A stretch of DNA of 64,000 nt from positions 7,502,001 through 7,566,000 of the forward strand of contig CM060734.1 in assembly GCA_030704615.1 (NCBI GenBank), written 5' to 3'. This DNA is from Takakia lepidozioides (lineage: Eukaryota; Plantae; Bryophyta). This document shows positions 1-10,918 of the stretch, piece by piece. Each line of letters starts with the position of its first letter. The first letter of the stretch is position 1. The notes under the pieces were generated by a model. That model made no database searches, was not told the origin of the DNA, and was given only the letters and a program-made list of their open reading frames with translations. Made by a program: the position numbers and the translations under genes.

Positions 1-360
1 TTCGATTGATCTCGTATCACACCGGGACGTATCAGAGGGTACATTGAACACACTGGCCAAGTTTCAAAGCGAATGAAAATCATTTGGATGGGCAACCATC
101 CGTTGGCCCATTGAACAAATTTTGATTGATCTCATATTACTCTGGGGCCTCTTACATGGCACATTGAACATAGTGGCCAAGTCTCAAAGCGAACCAAAAT
201 CATTTCGATGGCCAACCATCCGTTGAGGCAACGAATGAATTTCAATTGATCTGATATTAGTCCAGGTCCTGTGAGAGGGTGTTTGGAACGTGCTGGCAAA
301 GTTTGGAACCTAACAAAAATGATTTGAATGGGCAACCATCCGTTCACCCGTTGAATGTAT
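1..360. repeat. Degenerate 120-bp tandem repeat, 3 units visible (continues off the left edge); first 66 bp recur identically at 1005-1070
   Basis: Units at 1, 121 and 241 share ttgatct...ttgaac...tggccaagt...caaccatccgtt. Bases 1-66 equal 1005-1070. Confidence 0.85.
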
Positions 361-1070
361 TCTGTTGGAGCTGCTATTGCTTTGGGACTTGTTGGACTGT
401 GTTTCGCGTGCTCACGATTTTTTTTTCATTCCGTTTTTGAATGGGCGGTGTAATGTAGCCATATGGAACGTGCGTGCCAAATTTGGGAGCGATCCAAAAA
501 ACATTTGGACCCAAAACGAGAGTTTCTTCCCTGTTTTGCACTCCAAACTTGATTTGTGTTCTATTTCATACTTTATTTATAGAGAGTTATGCAATAGTGA
601 GCGAAAGAGAACACTTTTTTTTTGGGGCATTTTTGATTGGTCCAAATTTTGGCGGGGGAGTAGCCGTGGGATGCTGGAAGCCGCGGAACAAAATTGAGCC
701 AAAAACAAAATCGATACGTGCCAGAAACCCCCAATGAAAGGCAGTGCAAACCTATTTCTTGGCTTAAAATAAATTGAAATTCAATTAAATTGTGGAATGG
801 CTTGAGGGGGGAGCGCGTCGATGGGGTGACAAATGATATATTCGTTTGTTGTGTCTCCGCACATGCGTCGCACACATGTTCAAGCACATGCGGGCAAAAG
901 AGGTTCAATGGGTGCAATAGCCGTGCACGCATTGCAGGATTTTTTTTTCGCATTGAATAAAAACCACATGACAAGTGAACGCCTCATTGGACAATCGAAC
1001 GATTTTCGATTGATCTCGTATCACACCGGGACGTATCAGAGGGTACATTGAACACACTGGCCAAGTTTCA

Positions 1071-2232
1071 TTTCGCGAGTTCCCGGTCCAGTTTGTCTTG
1101 GTTTTCAAACTGGTACGGCGAGGCTTTGCGTATGCCCAATGGGATGGCTAAGCCCCAATCACACACCCCAATCTTGATATCTTCGGTGCCATCTGGAAAA
1201 TGCAACAAGATGTTGTCGGGGGACAAGTCGTTGTGCAGGACACCGTTCTTGTGGACAACATCCATGATGCACACCAGTGCCCATGCAAGTTTACTGCGCA
1301 CTTTCCGGAAACGAAGCAAGCGATCGCATTCCTGGAATTATGCTTCCGTTCCCCTTTGTTCCAAAATCACCCTGTTGTCCGAATCGTTGCCCCATTTTCT
1401 GTCAAGGTTCATCATGTCGCGTATTGTCCCCCCATTCCACCAGCGAGTGTAACCCTCTACCTCACGTGCATTCACAACAAAATACGAGATAACACCCGGA
1501 TGTTGGAACTTCACTGCCAAACACTCGTCGTTATGTTGTTTGAACGTTTTTTTCTGGATTTTTGGACTTGGGTTTTTTCCCCGTTAGCTCCCAATGCTCC
1601 GGTATTCTAGAATCGCCAACAATCCTACAGTGACGGACCTTAGCATACCCTCCTTCTTTGTAAGGGCCAATCTCTACCACCTTTGCACTAGAGTTCAGGT
1701 AATAAAGACCAGTTGTGCCTCCCCCGCCCGATGACCCCGCCTTCCAAGGGACAACCCTAGTCCGGCGATGTGAATTATGACTTGCCGAATAAGCCCAATA
1801 CTCAACACGCCGCATTAACTTGGCTTCGGCAGAGGGCACTCGACCCTCGGTTGTTCTACCCTTCCATGTCTTCATTAGCTGCCTCAAATTCCACGTGGCG
1901 TCTTTCGTCCTGCTTTGGATCCACCGATTGAACTTCGGTTTGTTCCTGTCCGCCGTCCACTTAGCCCCCGCCAAAGCGTTTGTCATTTTCCTCTCCATAT
2001 TTTGCTGGAAAATCTGAAATCCCTCCCATCCATGCCTAACATAAGCACTCTCCAGCCTCATCATGTCCCTACCCTTGAAATAATCCGCTACCACTTCTTT
2101 CACCCTATCCAAGGCATCCGGTCCCGGGTAGTCTGGCTTGTTGACCTGGCTATCATGCTCGTGGGCACGTTTTTTCTTCCTCCGTCCCCCAGACGATCCC
2201 GCCCCAGAACTTGAATTCACAACCCTCGACAT
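1071..2232 (-). pseudogene. Protein kinase-like pseudogene, intronless and 3'-truncated
   Basis: ORFs 1531-2232, 1338-1520 and 1068-1319 join across a poly-A frameshift (~1550) and a stop (1338). They give a Gly-loop-like EGGYAKV, FQHPGVI, catalytic HNDLSPDNILL and DFG-like CDWGLA. The gene is cut at 1070 by the repeat copy. Confidence 0.8.
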
Positions 2233-2889
2233 TGTATAAACCTTTGCCCACTACAGGGTTCAAAACCTCATAAAAATGACAATGAACGCGTGTGGATGGT
2301 GTCTTCGTAGTTTTCTGCAAAAAAACAGGTCGCCGGAGATCCGGAAACGGAAAAATGGTGATACGATGATTGTACCGTGAACAAGTGTGTGGGACTGACC
2401 AATAGAAAACCGACAAAACCTCTCCCCCCCAAATAATCACCTTTGCACCTCCCGTTGGCAGTGCCAAGCAACGAAGTCCAAAAGGACTACAGGATGCCAA
2501 GGAACCACACCACAAGAGGGGCAAAAGTGATCAGAAAAGGAGGGGGGAATGGTTTATATAGGCGCCCACCCCCCCCCCCCAAAAAAAAAATGGCATTACG
2601 CTTGAAAAGGCGCGATAGGCCAGTGACGCCTCGCCACGTGTCAGCGCGGCGCGACTGGCTTGTCGCACCTCGCCACGCTCACCCACATGGGAGAGGTCAA
2701 GGGTTCAAAACCACCTCCCCCCATCCCATTTGTTTCGTTTTTCCTGACCCGTGGTACCTCGCCACGTGGCTACCCGAGGCGCCACTTCATGATTAAAAAT
2801 AAAAAACAAAACGCCACACGGCGGGTCCCTGGATTTCTAAGAAAAAAAAAAACACGCGACCGCTTATTTTAAAATGTAATAAAATACGA

Positions 2890-3470
2890 GCGACCGCCAA
2901 TATGGGCGGTCGCTTCATTTATAAATAAATAAATTACGGGCAACCGCCAATATGGGCGGTCACTTCATTTAAAAATAAATAAATTACGGGCGACCGCCAA
3001 TATGGGCGGTCGCTTCATTTAAAAATAAATAAATTACGGACGACCGCCAATATGGGCGGTCGCTTCATTTAAAAATAAATAAATTACGGGCGACCGCCAA
3101 TATCGGCGGTCGCTTCATTCAAAAATAAAAAAATTACGGGCGACAGCCAATTTTTGCGGTCACTTCATTTAAAAATAAATAAATTACGGGCAACCGCCAA
3201 TTTCGGCGGTCGTTTCATTTAAAAAAAAAAAATTACGGGCGACCGCCAATATGGGCGGTCGCTTCATTTAAAAATAAAAAAATTACCGGCGACAGTCAAT
3301 ATGGGTGGTCGCTTCATTTAAAAATAAAAAAATTACCGACGACCGCCAATGTTGGCGGTCGTTTAATTTAACAAAATATTAAATTACAAGCGACCGCCAA
3401 TATGGGCGGTCGCTTTTATTAAAAATAATAAATTATATGCGACCGACAATATAGGCGGACTCATTTTTAA
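2890..3470. repeat. Tandem array of 12 x ~50-bp units, each a GC-rich hairpin (GCGACCGCC-aatatg-GGCGGTCGC) plus an AT-rich linker
   Basis: Units start at about 2890, 2940, 2990, 3040, 3090, 3140, 3190, 3239, 3289, 3339, 3390 and 3439. The consensus has a perfect 9-bp stem, and the linkers are near-identical. Confidence 0.95.
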
Positions 3471-3599
3471 AAAAAATTTAATAAATATTAATAATTGGCC
3501 ACGTCTGTTTACACCGTGGCTGCCATGTCATTACAAAGGGTAGAAGTAAATCGTAAAAGTCAAATGTAAAATAAATTACGTGGGTAAACGTCCGGATTC

Positions 3600-3671
3600 G
3601 ACGTGACGTGACGCAAGTCGGATGTGACGGCCGACGTGTCAGCGCCACGTCACGTCAGGAATGATAACTAG
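3600..3671 (+). mobile_element. Possible transposon terminus (Helitron-like hairpin followed by CTAG)
   Basis: ACGTGACGTGACGC...GCGCCACGTCACGT inverted repeat, then 12 nt and CTAG. The neighbouring transposase-like ORF is cut exactly here. The next base is G rather than the canonical T. Confidence 0.3.
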
Positions 3672-4680
3672 GGTCGTCGTGGGATGTCAAACCTTAACTC
3701 TCTCTTTGCATCAAAAGAAGATGCTAAGAACTTACTCCGGATAGCCTTAGTTTTTTCCCAGCTGAAGTGTTGACAACAGTTTCGAGCACAACAGCTCACA
3801 AAGCTTACTGCTTGAATTGACTCCGAATTTAAGAATCGGATCAATTTCTTCCCCCTGGAGTTCTCATCTCCCTTTCGAACTCGTTTCACACATTTATACT
3901 GCGATTTCTCAACTCCTTCGAGGTGGTCATCCTTCATGTCTGACTCGTGCTCTTCATAAAACTTTGTGAGCAACTCTGATAGTTTTCGGCTGTCTAGAAG
4001 TTTTGTATGTGTAAGCCGTCATTTCGTAATGGTCATTAGCATATCCTGAGCTGACCTAGAGACAACTGTAACAATTACACCGACATGCTCCTCCCCAAGG
4101 TTTTCACCGAGAATAACTTCGTCAGGTAGACACGCTACAACCCTCCCTCAGCGATGACGTCCATCTCGTCATTGAGAAGATTGCACATCTGATTACGCCA
4201 AGTATCTCTTTCGAATATATGATGTGTGTCTTTCTGACACTCGACACGCTTATTTTTTGTTGTCTCTCGTTAAACTTTTGTTCCTACGCCTTCAACACCA
4301 TCTGTATTGTCCTTTTGTATTGTATCCTCCAAAACATTCGTGCTCGCTCCAGCATCAGACAAGCACACCTCACCCTCCATTCGCACAAGTTTGTCAACTT
4401 CACTAACTTTCCAGACAATCAGTGTCCCCAGGGCTTCTCCAAGAGTCTCCGCGTCTGGATGTGAATACGGCAAGCTAATTGACTCCATTCCATGTATCAC
4501 GATTTTCAATATGACGCTCACTAAACTACTAGAGAGACGTCTGCCATGACAAAATCCCTCTCCAGACGTATTCAGACATGTACCCTCAGCGACAATTCTG
4601 GGAACTGGAGAGCCGACAAGTTGGATTAAATTCACGGCTTCTCTGACAGACAACTGTCCACAGGTGGTAACCATCTTCAA
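3668..4680 (-). pseudogene. DNA-transposon protein fragments: TNP1/En-Spm-like domain(s) followed by a Cys-rich transposase N-terminal-like segment, truncated
   Basis: 4270-4680 reads IVAEG...HGRRL...VSV...LPYSHPDAETLGEALGTLIVW (TNP1-like). A second degenerate copy (VIAEG/VVACLPDEVILGENLG) lies at ~4050-4170. 3668-3973 reads CCARNCCQHF...IRSKF, resembling Sola/DUF7869-type N-termini. Confidence 0.5.
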
Positions 4681-4682
4681 CC

Positions 4683-7600
4683 ACGGGAGATCTCCCCTGC
4701 TATGCCCTCGAGTAAAAAACGGGAAGCAAAAAAAGTAGAAAAGATGAATTTATAAAATGCGGCAACACTCCGCAGGATGACGAGAGATCTCCCCTTATAG
4801 TCGCCTCACCCTTAAGTGAGAATCCACAAAATAATTCTGGATTGTGCAAGATAGAATCTATGCACACCACAGATGTTAATAACACTAAGGGATTACGGGA
4901 GGTCTCCCGTTCTGTGACCTCCTATGGGCGGAAAAAGATAAACAAAAATTAGAGTTCCAGACAAATTGGAAAGGATCTGCTCAAGATGACGGGAGATCTC
5001 CCGTCACATTCAATGGTATAACTGGAGGAGACGAAGACAGATAAATTAGATTCAGAAAAGAGCGACAAAACAAAAAGAAAGTCTAATGGAACAGCACCTC
5101 TTCGCTGTGCCAGGCTAAAAAAGCAGATACTGCGTGAGTTCAGTGTGTAACTCTTCTGGAAAATACTGATAGAGAATGACTAACAAACATGCGGAGATGA
5201 AACACCACTCTCCGTCCTTCCACCACCCTTCAGTCAATCCAGCACCTGCACTCCACAATTCGGTAGGGCTTCGCCGAGACTGAATGAAATGAGAGGGAAG
5301 ATCTTGCCCTTATATAGACCCGCATTTGCATGCTGGGGCATGAGGCCAACCGCACCCATACATGAGGCTTGGACAGCAAGGGGAATCGTTTCGTTAATTA
5401 CTTGACATAATGACTGTGACGGGGGGCCTCCCGTACCCGACAGTACGACTTCTGCATGGCCACCACGTGGATGGATATCATTTATGATGTACCTGCACAA
5501 CGACATCAATGTAATCGGTACCATCCAAGGAGATCCCAGATATAATCTGTCGGATTCGATGGATGTCGCATGACCATGATGACGCCGCGCCGCGCCACGG
5601 GAGCTCTCCCCTCGTAGCAACCTCCTTCTCACACTTTCATGACGGCGAAGCCCTGCTGAAACTTAGAGCCACGAGTTTTGAGAGCTTGAGAGGGAGTGAA
5701 GGGAGGGTCGGTGATCTGCATCTGATCTGCGCTCTGCATCTGTTGTCTATTGCGCAAAGCAGTGTTCATGATTTCGTTTGTTAGTTTCAGCTGTGTGGTG
5801 CGGTCGTCGTTCAGGAGGGCGATCAGGAGAGCTGGTGGCGAGCCCGTGCTGGTGTTGTGATGTAATTTGATTGGTGCATTGCTGCTGCGATTATTCTTCA
5901 ACCACCATGGCAGGATCAAGCTCACGGTATGTACTTCCGTATTTTCCCACAACTGATTGCATTGGGATTGCATTAGGTGACCCAAGCATTTTCTCAGGGA
6001 GGTCTCCCGTGCTAGTCATGGGACCGCTCTTGTGCATTTTCTCAGGGAAGGTCTCCCGTGCTACTCAGGGGGCCTCTTCCGTTTGTTCACTCAGGGGAGG
6101 TCTCCTATGATAAAACCATAATACACCCCTTTAGAGGACTCGTATGTACCTTCAGATTCACCAGTATACACCCCTGCAGAGTACACTTACATACCAACAG
6201 TTGTCCACCCAGTGTACATACCAGCAGATTCACCAGAATACACTCCAGGACTGTACACTCCACAATAGCATGCCCTGGATGCACATGTGTATCCTCCCGG
6301 ATCAAATTTCCAGGGTGCACAGGCGTCGAACTCAATGGAAACCGACGAAATCTCCAAGATATTCCTTGATTGGGTTTCGGACAGCGACTCTTGGAGTCCT
6401 TGATACTTTCCAGCGACACCTCGAAGGAATCCAAAGCAGGAGCAACTGAGAGAAGAGATCCACAACGCATATCAGAACTGGCTAGATAGCCCAATGCATT
6501 GTGGTGTGACTATAGGGCAATTTCTTGATGTAGATTCTAGCAAACCGTAGATGGTAGGTGGGGTTGTGTCTAGGTTTAGGGTTTGAAAAGTGTAGGTGGG
6601 GTTGCGTTTTGTGAGCTGATCACGGGAGGTCTCCCGTCACTGTATTGAAGTACATCTCTGGTGTACTTGAAGCACCCTTGGTTTTTGATTTATAAACTAC
6701 TAATTGAAATTCTGAAACCTCCATGTTGTTGTTTATGTGCTGTGTTTATGAGAACTTGAATTATCCTTATTGGTGGTATTGTTCATTGCTGACACAGGAG
6801 ATCCCCCGTCCCTGAATTGAGATATAGCTCCATACGGTTCGGAAAGACCGTTGTGTTGGTTGTTATTTGGTGTTTATATTAACGGGTTGTTCTTTTGTTG
6901 GTGCTGCCAGAACAAAGATTATGAAGGAATCAATTGCAGTGATGAGCGTCGAAATTGCTGGTTCCTTCATATATCCACACATTGAAGGATTTACAATAAA
7001 ACATGATGGCTTTTACGAGCTAAAGAGGAGTATTGGTCGCAGTGATGAGCGCTAAAATTGCCGGTTCCTTCATATATCCACACATTGAAGGATTCACAAT
7101 AAAGCATGATGGCTTTTACGAGCTAAAGAGGAGTATTGACTACTGGGGTATCGACGTTGCTGACTCCCCGAACCCAGAGAAAGCCATCTTCCGTTACCAG
7201 ATCGGTGCGAAAAAAAAAAACACTTTTGTGTTGTGATGTGTTGGGAATTGAAACGGAGGACTCCGTGAGGGATAACATGGTTACCCTTGCTGTGTTCATC
7301 CGCAAGAATGCCAGGAAAGGGGAGAAGGTATTTGGGTTCTCTGTGGATGCCATGAGTCTGAGTAGTGATCTGATGGGATTTGCGATTCGGATGGGATTCA
7401 GGGTCCCTGTTGTCGAAGACGACCTGAAGATGGAAATCCTCAAGAGATGGGAATACCTTGACGAAATTCTCTACAATAATGCCAAGGAGAGACAACAATT
7501 GGAGGTACAGTGACTCCAATCGGAGCAAAAGCAGTTGGAGGACATGAAGAAGAAACCGAAAAAAGCTAGAAAGCCAAAAGAAGGAAATGGAGATGATGAC

Positions 7601-8045
7601 GAAGAAGAGGGGGGAAGAAAACGATGAAAGACCATCGATATAGTGAATAGCCAAGAAAAGATGCACCTGAAGACTGACAAGATTTTCGACCTGGATGAGG
7701 CGAAGAAGGTCAAGACGACTCTCATCGAGCAATACCAGGATATATTCCCGTTTGGATTTGAATACGTCCAGGTTGTGGACATCAACCACTGTTTTCTAGC
7801 CCCACATCATATGGTTTATCGACCACTCTGTGAGAAGCACAAGCTGGAGATTAAATCAAGGCTAGTTGCGTACAACCTAATTGACTCAAAAATGCCTATT
7901 TACTTGATTCCACGACACGAGACCGATCCCACGAAGGTGTGGAGAAGGAAGCCCGTCAATGAGCGCGAACTGCAGAAGGCGACATATTTTATTATCGGAG
8001 GCCAACATACATTGATGGCAGCCCAGGTCAGGGGAGGTCTCCCGT
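4683..8045. repeat. Dispersed 16-bp palindrome, consensus ACGGGAGATCTCCCGT, about 12 copies
   Basis: Copies at 4683, 4780, 4895, 4989 (perfect 20-mer TGACGGGAGATCTCCCGTCA, 4987-5006), 5419, 5597, 5995, 6044, 6093, 6622, 6794 and 8030. I did not see it elsewhere in the window. Confidence 0.9.
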
Positions 8046-8411
8046 GCTAACTCACCTTCGAGAAATTCTACTTACTATTTGACCATGTATTTGTCCATTG
8101 TCCATTTTCGATTGTCTCTCTTCTAATGCTAATCAACTAAACTCTGATGATTGCAGGAGCTCTTGGAGGATCCGGCACTGAGTAATGATGTCCTGATAAA
8201 ATCGCTACGTACATGGCCTGCTAAGATAGTGTACTCGATGGATGAGCTTTGACTGGTGACTATCTCCAAGGTTCTGAACAAGCCCAACAAGGAGAATCTT
8301 TACGAACCGTCTTTCTATGAGAAGGTCCGTCACTGCAGAAAATATTACAATTACAAGGAGCGGCCCCAACAGTATGATGAGCATCGTCTGGTCGAGACTC
8401 AGCAGTGGAAG
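6911..8411 (+). pseudogene. Spliced ParB/Srx-like domain gene, probably transposon-borne; disrupted and 3'-truncated
   Basis: One frame runs 7136-8026 through two TGA stops and includes RPLCEKH...PIYLIP...YFIIGGQHTLMAAQ (ParB/Srx-like GxH motif). A GT-AG intron at 8027-8156 is followed by exon 8157-8411 (TWPAKIVY...SFYEKVRHCRK), ending at a GT donor. Confidence 0.55.
6936..7138 (+). repeat. Tandem duplication of ~100 bp (period 103)
   Basis: 6936-7035 and 7039-7138 are near-identical (gcagtgatgagcg...gaggagtattg). Confidence 0.95.
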
Positions 8412-8687
8412 GTGAGTGTGACCACCAGAGGTCTCTCGTCCTTTCTTTCCATTCATCTATAACTGCAGTGATGCAATGTATGTCTACATTATAGTCGATC
8501 AAAATCCAATTTCATCGCCCACACACCAGCAACCACATTCGTTGTCCCAACAACTTCTCTTCCGTTGAGGTCATCTGGGATGTGTTCTGCTTTGTTTTGC
8601 GGTGCTTCTCTCTTTCTCCAATCTGGTGAGATTCTCGATCTAGAAGAGATCCACGCACCATCAAGATTTGAAGTTGGGGATGATGCT

Positions 8688-10506
8688 TCATGATGTGATT
8701 GTCTCTTGGTTACTTAAGGGTTTATGTACACAGGTTTGACTCTGTTCTAGGTCGAGAATGTCTCCAGAAAGAGGAAATGGAGAAGCACCGCAATACAAAG
8801 TAGGAGACACTCCAGGCATTTTTCCACTGGGAGGTGGATTTGAATTGGTCAGGGCGACGTTGGCCTTGATTGTGGGTTTAACCACCCTAAGCTGTAGTCC
8901 ATACAATTTGTCAGACCGAATGCCAGTCAACACAACTTTGCCTCGTCCTTCTTGGCTAGTGAGAAAACATTCATCTCCCCTGTAGGTGGTCACAAACCCC
9001 TTATCAGCTGCTTGACCTACTGAAAAAAGGTTCTTCTTGAGCTCTGGTATGTAGAGGACGCGTGACATCGTTCTCTTTTCCCAGTTATTATCAACCAGAC
9101 ACTCGATCACGATGTTGCCGACACCACAAACCCAAAGCTTCGTGTTATCGCCAATCATAACTGACCACTTGCTTGGAGCAATCTCCTCAAGAGTATCAAA
9201 CCACTCAAGCTTATCCGTCATATGCTCAGTAGCGCCACCATCCGCGCATACCAAGTGTTGTCACTATTATTGCTAGAATTGCAGGTGACCATAACAAAGG
9301 CAGCACTGTCATTGAATTCTTCAGAGGCGATGACGTTTGCTTCGCTCTTAGATTTCTCATCTTGTTTCTTCTTTTCGCACTCCCTTTCCCAGTGACCTTT
9401 TGCGTGACAGTAGTTGCATCTGGTCCTCTTCTTAAGCTCAACGATGCGCTGGGCACGCTTAATTTTCTCCTCCGCTGTGACAGCCTTTTGCATGCTGCTA
9501 CTGCTTGGGCGACTAGAGAAAAATGCTTTATCATGACCTCCCTCCTCAGATACGTCATGTATGCAATTGCGACCTTCCTCCTTCAACAATCGGAGGGTGA
9601 GGTTTTCGATGGTCTGTTGGTCGGCGGGGACGCTGTCCCATGCAGAGGCCAGATGTCTATAACTTTGTGGCAAAGTTCCTATGATCTTGGTCATGAGAGC
9701 TTGGTCTGAAATGGACTCTCCAAGATCATTAAGCTGGTTCGCCATGACCTCAATGGTGCTGATGTGGTCGGCAACGTTGTCATCAGATTTCATGCGGAAA
9801 TCGAACTTTTTTTGCTGGAGCAGCTGCAGGTTTTCGGTGGCGTTTTGCTCATGCACGGTGCAGAGGCGTCGCCACATTTGTTGGGAGGTCCTGCAAGTCA
9901 TCAACTGCCGCAAAAACTTAGTATCCACAGAAGAACAAATGATGGACTGACAAATATTATCCTTATCAGTCCACTCATCCTCATTCGTTGCATCCTCTCT
10001 AGTGTCAGTCCCGACAACTATATCAAACAGCTTCTTGGCACGAAGCATGACACTCATCTGAAATTTCCACATGCCGAAGTTCTCTCCGTTGAACTTGTTA
10101 ACATTGACCAGGTCCCGAGCTGGATCATTTCTGGTTCCCATCTTTCGCTTCAAGATCAGATAGGATAACAATGACTACTACCGAGAAGTTATGACTCAAC
10201 GTAAAGTGCTATCAGTGGAAGTCAGAAGTGTCACAGTGGATACAAATCTATCTATGGAAGCTACAAAGGCTGTAGGCCCATAACCTATAAAAAATTATTG
10301 ACAAGGATAGACTTGCACGAGCGAGGAATGCCACAAGGAACTTGCAATATCTGATTCAGATCAGGGGAACTACATAAAAGTTGAACTCACACTTCTTGCA
10401 TAGAATGAGAGATAACAGTCTAACACAAGATCAAAGACTATATACCTTGCTTCCATACCTTAGCATGAGTAAAGGCAGGAACAAAAAAAATGAGTACTGT
10501 TCAACG
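8688..10506 (-). mobile_element. Ty1/copia LTR retrotransposon, 5' portion (LTR, PBS, gag, protease); integrase and RT missing
   Basis: gag 9218-10141 (KFNGENFGMWKFQM, UBN2-like, zinc knuckle CNYCHAKGHWEREC). A frameshift leads into protease (W)ADGGATEHM...VLYIPELKKNLFSV. PBS GGTTATGGGCC at 10275-10285. Putative LTR ~10286-10506. Confidence 0.9.
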
Positions 10507-10918
10507 ATCGTGCTTGGCTATGAGTAATAGTAACACATACTGGTGTGCCCAGTAAGTGGCGAGTCCGGTAAGCGGCGGAGCTTGGAAGTGGATCCCGGCC
10601 TTTCTAGATCATGAGTATACTCTACGAGTAGAATACCAAATACTCTGCAGTTGTAGTTTCTAAATTTCTACATCATGTGTGCATTAAAGAGATGGCGCTT
10701 TGCAGATATCTTATGGAATTTGCTTGTGAGCAGAAGAGGAACCCAATCCATAAGAGGAATTCCAGGCGAGACCTACTTTTGTAGCGGCTGTGGACCTCTC
10801 TGGTATGAAGCATCGTCTTGGAGGTTGGGTTTAGGGTTTAAGCTTGTGGAGCGAGGCTAAATTTTCCCCTCCGCCTGCTCTCAGTCTTCGGTATTTTATT
10901 TGCTAGGCTTGTGCAAAA

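Noticed and set aside
2890-3470. CRISPR array
   Set aside because: The linkers between palindromes are near-identical rather than unique spacers, there are no cas genes, and the context is eukaryotic.
6140-6270. RNA polymerase II CTD-like repeats (DSPVYTP, DSPEYTP)
   Set aside because: Two imperfect units in a stop-interrupted frame, with no heptad array.
7094-7789. 231-aa hydrophobic ORF on the minus strand
   Set aside because: Antisense shadow of the Lys/Glu-rich plus-strand ParB-like gene.
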